Shown piece after piece: positions 42,556 through 52,210 of a DNA stretch of 64,000 bases. The notes under the pieces are model-generated. The model was given only the letters and a program-made list of their open reading frames with translations. It had not been told where the DNA came from and ran no database searches. How positions within the stretch are numbered: position 1 is the stretch's first letter; every line of letters begins with the position of its first letter. The stretch is from Gemmatimonadota bacterium (GTDB lineage: Bacteria; Gemmatimonadota; Gemmatimonadetes; Palauibacterales; Palauibacteraceae): NCBI GenBank assembly GCA_036476995.1, contig JAZGCO010000068.1, forward strand, positions 183 through 64,182, given 5' to 3'. The position numbers and the translations under genes were made by a program.

Positions 42556-43872
42556 ATGCACCGGCTGGAGCACATCACACAAGCGGAGCACACACTGAAG
42601 GCAGTGTTCGGGCACTCCGGGTTCCGCGCGTCGCAGCGCCCCATTGTTCAGGCCATGCTCGAAGGCCGCGATGTACTCGCCGTGCTTCCGACGGGGAGCG
42701 GAAAGTCGGCCTGCTTCCAGGTGCCGGCGCTTCTGGCTACTGGTCCAACCCTCGTGGTGTCGCCGCTCATTTCGTTGATGCAGGATCAGGTGCGCGGCCT
42801 GGCGCACCGCGGGGTCCGGGCGGCCGCTATCACGTCCGCCAGTACGGCGGCTGAGCGGAACCGGACCGGCCGGGATCTGGCAGCGGGCAGACTCAGGCTG
42901 CTGTACGTGTCGCCGGAGCGCCTCGCCAACCCCGAATTTGTTCGGTGCGCCCGTTCGGCGTCCTTCTCGCGAATCGTAATCGACGAGGCCCACTGCATCG
43001 CGGAGTGGGGACACGACTTTCGGCCCGACTATCTCAGGATCGGCCAATTCCTCGACTTCCTCCGGGCCGCCCGGTCACGGGGCCATTCAGCCGGTCGTTC
43101 AGGCGGCCAGCGCATTCCGGCGGCCGCGTTTACCGCCACCGCGACGCCCGCCGTACGGACCGAAATATCGCGGCGCCTGGGACTTCGCGGTCCGGCTGAA
43201 TTCGTCGCCAGCGTAAATCGACCCAACCTGTCGTGGGCCGTAGAGTGCGCCGCAGGAGCACGCTCTGGGCTGCGGCGCGCCGTCCGGGTGGCCGCGGATT
43301 CCCCCGGGGCAGCCATCGTGTTCGTACGCACGAGGTGGAGCTCGGTCCGACTCGCGGAGGCGGTCCGAACGGCCGGCGTACGGGTGGCGCCATACCATGC
43401 CGGACTGCCCCCGAAGGTTCGCACGTTGATACAGAGCCGCTTTCTGGCCGGGGAGTACAAGGTGCTATGCGCTACCAGTGCATTCGGTATGGGCATCGAC
43501 CATCCCGGCATTCGAACGGTCTGCCACCTGGGCGCACCGGACTCTCTGGAGGCATACGTTCAGCAGGCGGGCCGGGCGGGGAGAGACGGAACCGCCTCGA
43601 GCTGCATGCTCGTTTCGCTTCCGGACGATTTCGAATGGCAACTGCGCCGGATTCGCGGCCGCTGGCCCCTGATCCCGGCCCGGGCGACCATCAAACGGGC
43701 TGGCCTTTCGCCTCTCTTCCACCTGTCACAGCGGCGGCGTGCTCTGGAACGGCTGGAGTGGATCCAGCGATATGTGTGCGCCGCGACATGCAGGAGAGCG
43801 ATCATCGCCGGCTATTTCGGTGAGGCTGCGCCTGCCTGTGAAAACTGCGACTCGTGCGATCGAGACGCTTAG
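42556..43872 (+). CDS. recQ: ATP-dependent DNA helicase, RecQ family (short form: helicase core plus RecQ zinc-binding module, no WH/HRDC)
   Basis: LAVLPTGSGKSACFQVPAL is motif I. DEAHC is motif II. C-terminus CRRAIIAGYFGE...CENCDSCD is the RecQ Zn module. Confidence 0.85.
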   Translation: MHRLEHITQAEHTLKAVFGHSGFRASQRPIVQAMLEGRDVLAVLPTGSGKSACFQVPALLATGPTLVVSPLISLMQDQVRGLAHRGVRAAAITSASTAAERNRTGRDLAAGRLRLLYVSPERLANPEFVRCARSASFSRIVIDEAHCIAEWGHDFRPDYLRIGQFLDFLRAARSRGHSAGRSGGQRIPAAAFTATATPAVRTEISRRLGLRGPAEFVASVNRPNLSWAVECAAGARSGLRRAVRVAADSPGAAIVFVRTRWSSVRLAEAVRTAGVRVAPYHAGLPPKVRTLIQSRFLAGEYKVLCATSAFGMGIDHPGIRTVCHLGAPDSLEAYVQQAGRAGRDGTASSCMLVSLPDDFEWQLRRIRGRWPLIPARATIKRAGLSPLFHLSQRRRALERLEWIQRYVCAATCRRAIIAGYFGEAAPACENCDSCDRDA

Positions 43873-43963
43873 ATCGACCCACGCGATCCCGGCAGGCAAC
43901 GCCGCGGACGCCCCACGCATCAAGAATAGCAGCAGGCTCACTTTCAAATCTGGAGATTCCTGG

Positions 43964-45151
43964 ATGAAACGGACCTTAGTTGGATCACCATGGCTGCTCG
44001 CAGGCGCAGCGGTGGCCTTGTTCGGCCTGGCGACAGCAGGGCGGGTATCAGCACAGATAACTCCGCAGGTCCTCGGCGAACCGGTGGCTGCGTACGACCA
44101 GCCGTTCAGCATGCTGTCAGGCCTCCGGGAGCTATCCGACGGCCGAGTGATCGTATCAGATGGCTTGGAAGAGACCGTCCAGCTTCTCGACGCGAAGCTA
44201 GCATCGGCCCAGCAGATCGGCCGCAAGGGGCAGGGCCCGGGTGAGCACGGCCAGCCCGATGCGCTGTTTCCCTGGGGCGAGAACGACGAAACCCTGCTCG
44301 TAGATCTCGGCAACGCACGACTGACAGTGATATCCGCCGACGGCGAGCTTGGCGAGTCCATGCCGATCAGCCGCGAGGCGAACGGCGCCCCGATGATTGT
44401 CATTCCCAGGGGGGTGGACGCGGACGCCAATATCTACTTCCAGCCTTTCGGCATGCGGCCAGGCGGCGGGATACCGGATTCGAGCACCGTGGTCCGGTTG
44501 GCAGCCGATGGTTCGAGCGCCGACACGATAGCGGCGATCAAACGGCCCGACATGAAGGCGAACAACTCGGGCGGCCCCAACAACCGGTCTACCATGATCA
44601 TGCCGGTGCCCCTTTCGGCTGAAGACTCGTGGGCGGCTGCCCCTGATGGCAGTGTGGCCATCGCCCGCAGCGCCGATTATCACCTCGAATGGGTGAGGCC
44701 TGATGGAAGCATCCAGCGCGGGTCACCTGTGGACTATGATCCGGTTCGGGTGCGCAAAGCCGAGAAAGACCGCTGGGTCGCGGCTCTCGGGGGCGGCCTC
44801 CGGATCGGAATGACGATCGACAACGGCGAGCGCCGAATGTCGCTTTCGCGAGGAGGATCCGGGGCCCCTCAGCCGGATGCCGGCGATTTCGAGTGGCCGG
44901 AAACGATGCCCGCGTTCGCAGGCGGAGGCGCCGTGTCGGTGACACCGGACGGACATGCCTGGGTCGAGCGAAACACGCCCGCCGGCAGTCCCGCGACGTT
45001 CGACGTGTTCGGACCGTCGGGCGACCGAATCGGAGTACTCGTTCTTCCCGAAGGCCGCGAACTCGTCACCTTCGGCGTGGGTTCAGTATACCTGTCCCGG
45101 ACCGACGATCTCGATTTCGTATGGCTCGAGAAGTACGAGCGCGCGCTGTAA
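43964..45151 (+). CDS. secreted hypothetical protein, probable NHL-repeat/beta-propeller
   Basis: Signal peptide MKRTLVGSPWLLAGAAVALFGLATAGRVSAQ. Repeated G-x-G...DG blade-like segments (IGRKGQGPGEHGQPDALFP). Confidence 0.5.
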   Translation: MKRTLVGSPWLLAGAAVALFGLATAGRVSAQITPQVLGEPVAAYDQPFSMLSGLRELSDGRVIVSDGLEETVQLLDAKLASAQQIGRKGQGPGEHGQPDALFPWGENDETLLVDLGNARLTVISADGELGESMPISREANGAPMIVIPRGVDADANIYFQPFGMRPGGGIPDSSTVVRLAADGSSADTIAAIKRPDMKANNSGGPNNRSTMIMPVPLSAEDSWAAAPDGSVAIARSADYHLEWVRPDGSIQRGSPVDYDPVRVRKAEKDRWVAALGGGLRIGMTIDNGERRMSLSRGGSGAPQPDAGDFEWPETMPAFAGGGAVSVTPDGHAWVERNTPAGSPATFDVFGPSGDRIGVLVLPEGRELVTFGVGSVYLSRTDDLDFVWLEKYERAL

Positions 45152-45184
45152 CCGGGGTCACTATCCCGTAAACAATTAGCGCAT

Positions 45185-45220
45185 CGGCCGGTCTTCGGAG
45201 CCAGGAGGCCGGCCGTTTCT
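45185..45220 (+). terminator. probable intrinsic terminator (CGGCCGG...CCGGCCG stem followed by TTTCT)
   Basis: Inverted repeat 45185-45191 / 45209-45215, then gtttctat. Lies 34 nt after the stop of the 43964-45151 gene. Confidence 0.45.
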
Positions 45221-45332
45221 ATCCCACTACGTTGTTTCGTCCATTCCCAGATTCCCATAGCTTGAGCCCCGTCGATCAGCTTCGGCCACTGGACGCATAG
45301 CTGCATATACAGACTGAACTCACCAAGACCAC

Positions 45333-46553
45333 ATGACTGATTTGGATGTCTATCTCCAGGACCATCATCACATGATGCGGGAAATGGTGCGTGAGTTCGC
45401 TCTGACGGAGGTTGCCCCCGTCGCGTCGGAATTCGACGAAAAGGAGCAATTTCCGTGGGACAATGCGGCAAAGATGGCCGAACTCGGCCTGTTCGGTATT
45501 CCGTGGCCGGAGGAGTACGGCGGAGCGGGGATGGACGTGCTCGCCGCTGTGGTGGCAGTCGAAGAGCTGGCAAGGTGCGACGCCAGCCACTCCATCCTCA
45601 TCGGCGCACATACATCTCTTGCGGCCCAGCCTATCTTTCGTTGGGGCACCGATGACCAGAAGCAACGCTTCCTGACTCCGCTCGCTTCCGGGGTTGTCAT
45701 CGGAGGATTCGGACTAACCGAGCCTGGGTCGGGCTCTGATGCCGGGGGGATGCGAACGACAGCGGTCAAGAAGGGAGACCGCTATGTGCTCAACGGCCAG
45801 AAGACGTTTATCACGCACGCGGGCGTCGGCGAGGTGTTTGTAATCGGAGCCCTCACGTCACCGGAGAAGGGGAATCGCGGAATCAGCGCGTTTCTCATGA
45901 CCAAGGAGACGTGTGATCTGGATGAGGCCCGCAGGCTAGGCTTTGGGCACTCGGACGACCTGGAGCCGATGTCAGGCTTTACATCCGGCGAGAAACTTCG
46001 GAAACTGGGCTGGAACGCTTCCGACACCCGGGAACTCATTCTTCAGGATGTAGAAGTTCCGGAGGAGAATCTGCTGGGCGAAGAAGATAGCGGATTCAGT
46101 GTGTTTCTCGATACACTGGACGGTGGCCGGGTAGGAATGGCTGCCCATGCTCTCGGGATTGCCCAGGGAGCGTTCGATCTTGCGATCAAGTATACAGGCG
46201 AGCGCGAGCAGTTCGGCCAGACGATCAGTGGGTTTCAAGGCGTGCAGTTCATGCTGGCTGAGATGGCGACCCGTATCCACGCAGCACGCCTGATGACGTA
46301 CCATGCCGCGTACCTGAAGTCGAACGACAAGCCGTACAAATTGGAAGCGTCGATGGCCAAGCTGTTCGCCTCCGAATGTGCGATGGACGTAGCCATTCGA
46401 GCCGTGCAGTTGCACGGCGGCTACGGGTATTCCCGCGAATACGCGGTCGAACGAATGATGCGAGACGCCAAGATCACCGAGATCGGCGAAGGAACGAGCG
46501 AGATACAAAAGATCGTTATCGCTCGTGAGCTGTTTGCCGGACTGGCGAACTAG
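45333..46553 (+). CDS. acyl-CoA dehydrogenase
   Basis: Full ACAD fold. ...YLKSNDKPYKLEASMAKLFASE... and C-terminal ITEIGEGTSEIQ. Confidence 0.9.
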   Translation: MTDLDVYLQDHHHMMREMVREFALTEVAPVASEFDEKEQFPWDNAAKMAELGLFGIPWPEEYGGAGMDVLAAVVAVEELARCDASHSILIGAHTSLAAQPIFRWGTDDQKQRFLTPLASGVVIGGFGLTEPGSGSDAGGMRTTAVKKGDRYVLNGQKTFITHAGVGEVFVIGALTSPEKGNRGISAFLMTKETCDLDEARRLGFGHSDDLEPMSGFTSGEKLRKLGWNASDTRELILQDVEVPEENLLGEEDSGFSVFLDTLDGGRVGMAAHALGIAQGAFDLAIKYTGEREQFGQTISGFQGVQFMLAEMATRIHAARLMTYHAAYLKSNDKPYKLEASMAKLFASECAMDVAIRAVQLHGGYGYSREYAVERMMRDAKITEIGEGTSEIQKIVIARELFAGLAN

Positions 46554-46618
46554 GCAACGAAGAAGCCGGCGCGTACGGAGGTCACCGGACCCCGTACCAC
46601 CGGTCTGGGAACTGTGAT

Positions 46619-46634
46619 CGGCGCTGCTGCGCCG
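46619..46634 (+). terminator. short GC hairpin (CGGCGC-tgct-GCGCCG) downstream of the acyl-CoA dehydrogenase gene
   Basis: Perfect 6-bp inverted repeat with a 4-nt loop. A second IR GTACGG-N13-CCGTAC lies at about 46572-46596. Confidence 0.25.
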
Positions 46635-46711
46635 GTCGACCACGTTTGAACGAAAGGTGCGTCCGGTCCTGACGTGCGTGGCACGCCACCGACCGGCGCA
46701 GGACACACACA

Positions 46712-48232
46712 ATGCGCCGCGAGCTAGTTATCAACGCGGTCGGCCAAGAGACGCGTGTAGCCATCCTGGAGGATGGGCGCCTCGTTGAGCTGATGCACGA
46801 ACGCGTCGCCCTCCAGCGAATGGTCGGCGACTTGTACCTCGGCCGGATCGAAGCCATCCTGCCTGGAATTCAGGCGGCTTTCGTAGATATTGGAACTGAG
46901 AAATCAGCCTTCCTGCATGTCTCCGATCTTGCCGAACCTGATGAGGATGACGACAACGGAGGCGGCCGAAATCGCCGCTCGAGAAAGTATCCTCCCATCC
47001 AGGATCAATTGACCCGCGGGCAGGAGATGCTCGTCCAGGTCACCAAGGAGCCGATCGGCACGAAAGGGCCGAGGGTCACCTCGCAGGTATCTCTTCCGGG
47101 CCGCTTCGCCGTATACATCCCGGGCAGCACCCACGTCGGAGTAAGCCGCAAGATCGACGACCGTGACGTACGCAGCCGGCTACGCGTCATGGCCCGCGAG
47201 CTCCTCGGCGAGGGCAACGGTGGCGTCATCATCAGGACCGTCGGCGAAGAGCTGACGCGGGACGCTCTTTCCCAGGAGCTGAAATCCCTGCGAAAGACAT
47301 GGGACAAGGTGCAGGCCCGGGTTGATGGCATGAAGGCGCCTGCTCTGCTGCATCAGGAGGCCAAGCTCACGTCCGGCATCATTCGCGACCTGTTCAGCGA
47401 GAAGGTGGATCTGTTGACGGTGGACTCCAAGTCCCTGCAGCACGAGATCCGTTCCTATCTCGGGCAGGTGAGCCCGGAGCTGCTTGAGCGAGTTCGGCTG
47501 TACGACGGAGACGTGCCGATATTCGACGAGTTCGGGATTGAGGCGGAGATCGCCAAGACGTTCGGCCGCCGTGTGGAGCTGAAGTCCGGAGGCCACATAG
47601 TGATCGAAGCCACGGAGGCGTTGGTCGCTGTGGATGTGAACACGGGGCGGTACACGGGCAAGAAGGATCCGCTCAAGACCATTCTTCGCACAAACCTCGA
47701 GGCCGCAGCCGAGATCGCCCGCCAGCTCCGTCTCCGCGATATCGGCGGAATTATCGTCTGCGATTTCATTGATATGGACGAGCTCGACAGCCGCGAGCGA
47801 GTACAAAACGAGATGAAGAGCCACCTCGGTCGGGACCGGGCACGGACCAAAGTTTTCAACATATCGGAGCTGGGCCTGCTCCAGCTGAGCCGGCAGCGCG
47901 TACGTCCCAGCCTGTCGCAGATGATGACCAACCCTTGTCCAAGTTGCGGCGGGACAGGCCGGGTGTTGGCGCCGGACACGATCGTTCGCAGGCTCGAACT
48001 CGCTATCCGCAGAGCTGCCTCAGCCGGCGAAAAGCGCGATCTGACCATTAGGGCGCATCCGGAGGTGGCTTTGTACCTACTCGAGGAGGAGCCGCAGTTT
48101 CTCAAAGACATGGGCAAGGCAAGCGGCCTTAAGCTGGATATTCGTGACGATCCCCTCATGGGACACGACGAGTACCGCTTGCTCGCGGCGCCTGCAGACA
48201 CCGACGTAACCAGCAGGTACGCTACGCCTTGA
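46712..48232 (+). CDS. rng: ribonuclease G / RNase E-family endoribonuclease
   Basis: S1 domain (GDLYLGRIEAILPGIQAAFVDIG), DNase-I-like catalytic core and the C-terminal Zn-link CPSCGGTG. Confidence 0.85.
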   Translation: MRRELVINAVGQETRVAILEDGRLVELMHERVALQRMVGDLYLGRIEAILPGIQAAFVDIGTEKSAFLHVSDLAEPDEDDDNGGGRNRRSRKYPPIQDQLTRGQEMLVQVTKEPIGTKGPRVTSQVSLPGRFAVYIPGSTHVGVSRKIDDRDVRSRLRVMARELLGEGNGGVIIRTVGEELTRDALSQELKSLRKTWDKVQARVDGMKAPALLHQEAKLTSGIIRDLFSEKVDLLTVDSKSLQHEIRSYLGQVSPELLERVRLYDGDVPIFDEFGIEAEIAKTFGRRVELKSGGHIVIEATEALVAVDVNTGRYTGKKDPLKTILRTNLEAAAEIARQLRLRDIGGIIVCDFIDMDELDSRERVQNEMKSHLGRDRARTKVFNISELGLLQLSRQRVRPSLSQMMTNPCPSCGGTGRVLAPDTIVRRLELAIRRAASAGEKRDLTIRAHPEVALYLLEEEPQFLKDMGKASGLKLDIRDDPLMGHDEYRLLAAPADTDVTSRYATP

Positions 48233-48239
48233 CTATCGA

Positions 48240-48268
48240 TTGACACAAACACGCGTCATTACTATGCT
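48240..48268 (+). promoter_or_regulatory. candidate sigma-70 promoter for rplU-rpmA (TTGACA-17-TATGCT)
   Basis: TTGACA at 48240-48245, 17-nt spacer, TATGCT at 48263-48268. About 55 nt upstream of the rplU ATG, in a locally AT-richer region. Confidence 0.4.
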
Positions 48269-48324
48269 ATCCAACTCTGGATAGTTTTCTGACGCACCCT
48301 CAAAGTACCGGACATCGACCACAG

Positions 48325-48900
48325 ATGTACGCAATATTTGAAGCAGCTGGAAAGCAGTTTCGAGCCGAGCCTGAGTGCACACTCCGGCTTCCGACTCTGA
48401 AAGCGGAACCCGGCGACCGAATTACGTTCGACGATGTACTGCTGGCGCAGAATGGCGACGATGTTATGGTCGGCCAACCTGCGCTGGACGGGGCCTCCGT
48501 AGCGGCGGAAGTCATCGGACACGGCCGGGGCGAGAAGATCGTCGTCTTTAAGATGAAGCGCCGGAAGGGCTACCGAAAAAAGCAGGGGCATCGGCAGGGC
48601 TATACGGACGTTCGCGTGCTCGACATCACGTTCGGAAGCGGGAAGCCGAAGGCAGCGGCGAAGCCCAAGGCCGGCAAGCCTGCAGCGAAACCCTCGAAGC
48701 CGAGGACGGCTGAGCCGACGGCTGAAGCCGCGGCAACTGCGGAGGCTCCGGTTTCGACGGACATCGACGTAACACCGACGGCCCGAACCTTGGCTGAAGA
48801 GCACGGTCTCGATCTGGCTTCCGTGCATGGAAGCGGGAAGGGTGGGCGCGTCCTGAAGAGTGACGTGGAGCAGGCCATCAAGGCACGAGGCGAGGACTAG
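48325..48900 (+). CDS. rplU: 50S ribosomal protein L21 with C-terminal extension (Ala/Lys/Pro linker plus peripheral-subunit-binding-domain-like module)
   Basis: Residues 1-105 are canonical L21 ([15 protein letters not shown]...[14 protein letters not shown]). Residues 110-140 are an [15 protein letters not shown] linker. Residues 150-185 ([35 protein letters not shown]) match the E3/E1-binding PSBD consensus of 2-oxoacid dehydrogenase E2 proteins. Confidence 0.85.
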   Translation: MYAIFEAAGKQFRAEPECTLRLPTLKAEPGDRITFDDVLLAQNGDDVMVGQPALDGASVAAEVIGHGRGEKIVVFKMKRRKGYRKKQGHRQGYTDVRVLDITFGSGKPKAAAKPKAGKPAAKPSKPRTAEPTAEAAATAEAPVSTDIDVTPTARTLAEEHGLDLASVHGSGKGGRVLKSDVEQAIKARGED

Positions 48901-48905
48901 GTCCG

Positions 48906-49160
48906 ATGGCACACAAAAAGGGCGTAGGTTCCAGCCGGAACGGACGCGACAGTAATCCGAAGTACCTCGGCGTAAAGCGCTACGGCGGCGAGAGCGTCAG
49001 GGCGGGTAATATTATTGTGAGGCAGCGCGGAACTCGGATCCATCCCGGCCGTAATGTCGGCCGAGGGAACGACGACACGCTCTTCGCTCTTACGGACGGA
49101 CACGTCTTATTCGCCACGGTGCGAGGCGGCCGCAAGACAGTGAGCATCGTCACGGCCTAG
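48906..49160 (+). CDS. rpmA: 50S ribosomal protein L27
   Basis: [29 protein letters not shown] is the L27 signature. Confidence 0.95.
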   Translation: MAHKKGVGSSRNGRDSNPKYLGVKRYGGESVRAGNIIVRQRGTRIHPGRNVGRGNDDTLFALTDGHVLFATVRGGRKTVSIVTA

Positions 49161-49181
49161 ACGTGGCTCGGCCTTGCCTGC

Positions 49182-49967
49182 CTAGCGTCCCGTGAAGGTG
49201 GGCTCCCGCTTCTCCAGAAAGGCTTCCACTCCCTCGTCCTTGTCCTCGGTCGAGAACAAGAGGGCGAACCAGGCTCGTTCGAACTTGAGCCCTTCGTCCA
49301 GGGGCATGCGCCGGGAAGCGAGAATCGATTCCTTTGCGGCCTGCAGCGCCAAAGGGCTCTTTGACGCGATTCGGCCCGCCAGCTCCAGCGTATGTTCCCT
49401 CAACTGGTCAGCTGCCACGACTTCGTCCGTGAGCCCGATTCGTAGCGCTTCGTCGGCCTTGATGATCTCACCGCTCAGGATGAGCCGCATGGCATGGCCT
49501 TCTCCGACGAGCCGTGGAAGTCGCTGAGTCCCGCCGCCGCCCGGGATGATGCCCAGATTCACCTCGGGCTGTCCGAAACGCGCTCGTTCGGACGCGATCC
49601 GGATGTCGCACGCCATAGACAGTTCGCAGCCACCACCGAGGCAATAGCCGTTTATCATGGCTATGATCGGCTTCGAGAAATCCTCCATGGCCGAGTAGAT
49701 GTTTCCCTGCTGCATGGAGCGGTACTGTTCGACCGCAGCCCTGTCCTTGAACTCACCGATATCGGCCCCGGCGATGAACGCCTTCTCGCCGGCTCCCGTC
49801 AGCACGACGACACGCACATCGGCATCAGCTTCGAGATCCGCCAGGTGCGCTACGAGAGCCTTTCGGACCGCTGAATTCAGCGCGTTCATTTTTTCGGGCC
49901 GGTTGAACGTCAGCAGCGCCACGTGTCCCGGCATCTTCTCCAGCAGTACGACATCGCTCATATTCAC
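49182..49967 (-). CDS. enoyl-CoA hydratase (crotonase)
   Basis: VVVLTGAGEKAFIAGADIGEF...GGGCELSMACD shows the crotonase motifs. Confidence 0.85.
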   Translation of the reverse strand: MNMSDVVLLEKMPGHVALLTFNRPEKMNALNSAVRKALVAHLADLEADADVRVVVLTGAGEKAFIAGADIGEFKDRAAVEQYRSMQQGNIYSAMEDFSKPIIAMINGYCLGGGCELSMACDIRIASERARFGQPEVNLGIIPGGGGTQRLPRLVGEGHAMRLILSGEIIKADEALRIGLTDEVVAADQLREHTLELAGRIASKSPLALQAAKESILASRRMPLDEGLKFERAWFALLFSTEDKDEGVEAFLEKREPTFTGR

Positions 49968-50027
49968 CCTGCCTAGGTCTATGATCTCTCTTGAGAGCAG
50001 CGGCCAACCGAGGCCAGCCCTCTCAGC

Positions 50028-50903
50028 TTACCATTCGTAGAATCCACGCCCGGACTTCTTGCCGAGTCGTCCCTCGGCTACAAGCTTTTCTAGCAGTGCC
50101 GGGGGCCGGAACCGATCACCGCCAAGCTCGTGATGGAGATACCGGGCGATCTCGAGGCGAACATCCAATCCTACCAGATCGGTGAGTCGAAGCGGACCCA
50201 TGGGATGCCGGTACCCCAGCTCCATGGCGGTGTCGATGTCCTCTGCTTCAGCGACGCCTTCCTCCAGCATCCGGATCGCCTCCAGGCCCATTGTTACGCC
50301 CAGCCGCGATGATACGAACCCGGGCGTGTCGCTTACCACGATCGGGGTCTTCCCCATCTCGACAGCCAAGCCTCGAGCGCGCTCGACGGCCTGGTGCGCC
50401 GACCTGTCCCCCCGCACGATCTCAACCAGAGACATGATGTGCACGGGGTTGAAGAAGTGCATCCCGACGACTCTCTCCGGGCCGGGTACCGATTCGGCGA
50501 TCGCCGATATCGACAGCGATGACGTATTGGTAGCCAGCAGAGTCGTGGCCTCTACGTGCTCTGCGACCTCGGCCAGCAGCTGGCGTTTAAGCTCCAGGCG
50601 CTCCGGGGCCGCTTCAATGACGATCGCCGCGTCTCGAACTGCGTCGTCGAGGCTCCGGCCGGAGCGGATCCGTCCCAGCGCCGAGTCTCGCTCGTCGGCC
50701 TCTACCTTACCGAGTTCCACACCTTTGTCGAGATTGGCCTGAATACGTTCAAGGCCGCGGGCCAGAGCCTCCGGCTCCGGATCGAACAGAACTGTATCGT
50801 GCCCGGCCATAGCCGCGATCTGGGCGATTCCGTGGCCCATTGTACCGGCGCCGAGTACCGCGATGCGGCCTGACCCGTGATCCGCTGGTTCGCTTCCCAT
50901 CAA
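50028..50903 (-). CDS. hbd: 3-hydroxybutyryl-CoA / 3-hydroxyacyl-CoA dehydrogenase
   Basis: RIAVLGAGTMGHGIAQIAAMAG is the Rossmann motif. 3HCDH N and C domains. Confidence 0.9.
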   Translation of the reverse strand: MMGSEPADHGSGRIAVLGAGTMGHGIAQIAAMAGHDTVLFDPEPEALARGLERIQANLDKGVELGKVEADERDSALGRIRSGRSLDDAVRDAAIVIEAAPERLELKRQLLAEVAEHVEATTLLATNTSSLSISAIAESVPGPERVVGMHFFNPVHIMSLVEIVRGDRSAHQAVERARGLAVEMGKTPIVVSDTPGFVSSRLGVTMGLEAIRMLEEGVAEAEDIDTAMELGYRHPMGPLRLTDLVGLDVRLEIARYLHHELGGDRFRPPALLEKLVAEGRLGKKSGRGFYEW

Positions 50904-51412
50904 TCGACCTGCTGCTCAGGGGGCCGGCTCCAATCGATAGTCTTCCTGCGAACAATTTCAAAGGCCGAAAAACCGAAGTCTTCGGCTGTCTGATTGGAGC
51001 GCTCGGCCTCCGCACCCGTGTACAGGCGAACTTCCGTAAGTTCCATCTCACGGGCCCAGCGGTAGGCGGCGCCGAGCATGCGGCGGAGATTCCCTTTCTT
51101 CCTGTCCTCGGGTCGGACGAACGGGGTCTGTAGCCGTCCGTACTTGGGCGGGTGCAGGTAGGGATAGTTGCCCTCCACGAAACAGCTGAGCATTCCGGCC
51201 AGGCCGCCGTGCGGAGACTCGACTACGAACACACACGAGTCGGACCCCTCAATGAGGTCGGCGAACACGCCCCGGCGGACGGACACAGCGTCCCTGGGCA
51301 GCTGCCGATAGGCCGGGTTACCGGGGTGGCTGCGAATGTAGTGTGACCATAGAGCCACGATCTCGTCCAGATCCTCACGCGTCGCCCGGCGAACGACACC
51401 TTCGGTCTTCAC
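50900..51412 (-). CDS. GNAT-family N-acetyltransferase
   Basis: Acetyl-CoA-binding region RKKGNLRRMLGAAYRWAREMELTEVRLYT. GTG start at 51412 overlapping the upstream crotonase stop (GTGA); the longer ORF to 51490 would overlap by 80 nt. Confidence 0.6.
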   Translation of the reverse strand: MKTEGVVRRATREDLDEIVALWSHYIRSHPGNPAYRQLPRDAVSVRRGVFADLIEGSDSCVFVVESPHGGLAGMLSCFVEGNYPYLHPPKYGRLQTPFVRPEDRKKGNLRRMLGAAYRWAREMELTEVRLYTGAEAERSNQTAEDFGFSAFEIVRRKTIDWSRPPEQQVD

Positions 51413-52203
51413 GTATCTTGTCCGAAACGGGCTGGTCGCTTTTCGACGAAGGACCTCACTCCTTCCAGGGCATCCGCCGACTCGAAGCACGCTCTCTGCG
51501 CCTTCAGCTCTCTCGCCAACATCTCCTCGAGGCTGGAGGACAAGCTGGCAACCAGCGACTCCTTGGCCAGGCGCAGCGCCAGCGCCGGCTTCACGGCCAG
51601 CCGCTCCGCCGTCTCTCGGGTGACTGCGCCCAGCGTGTCGTGTGGGACCACCCGGTTGAACAATCCGATCCGTTCGGCCTCCTGGGCGTCGATCATGTCG
51701 GCCAGAAACACGAGTTCCGCGGCCCGCGCCGGTCCCACGAGTCGTGGGAGTAGGTAACTACCGCCCCAATCGGGGTGCAGCCCGATGCGATTGAACGTCT
51801 GGCCGATCGTGGCCCGGTCCGACGCGATCCTCAGATCGCAGGCCAACGCCAGGTTGGCTCCGCCGCCGGCCGCCGGCCCATTCAGGCTGGCGATCACTGG
51901 CTTCGGCATGCTCCGTATCGTGCGCACCACCGTACCGCCCGCCGCGACGAGCAGGCTGGCCTCCTCTATGTCACCGCGCTCCAGCAGCTCGGCGAGATAC
52001 CGGACGTCCGCTCCGGCGCAGAAGGCTCGCCCGGCTCCAGTGACTACGACGACCCGTACGTCTTCCCGCCCGCCGAGCTCGACCAGACCGGCGCCGATTT
52101 CGTCCCTCATCTCTCCCACAAATGAGTTGAGACGATCCGGGCGGTTGAGAGTCAGTGTGCCAATCGGCCCATCGACTTCCACGAGCACCATGGCTTCGTT
52201 CAT
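51409..52203 (-). CDS. enoyl-CoA hydratase (crotonase)
   Basis: RVVVVTGAGRAFCAGADVRYL is the crotonase signature. Confidence 0.85.
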   Translation of the reverse strand: MNEAMVLVEVDGPIGTLTLNRPDRLNSFVGEMRDEIGAGLVELGGREDVRVVVVTGAGRAFCAGADVRYLAELLERGDIEEASLLVAAGGTVVRTIRSMPKPVIASLNGPAAGGGANLALACDLRIASDRATIGQTFNRIGLHPDWGGSYLLPRLVGPARAAELVFLADMIDAQEAERIGLFNRVVPHDTLGAVTRETAERLAVKPALALRLAKESLVASLSSSLEEMLARELKAQRACFESADALEGVRSFVEKRPARFGQDT

Positions 52204-52210
52204 CTCGGCC

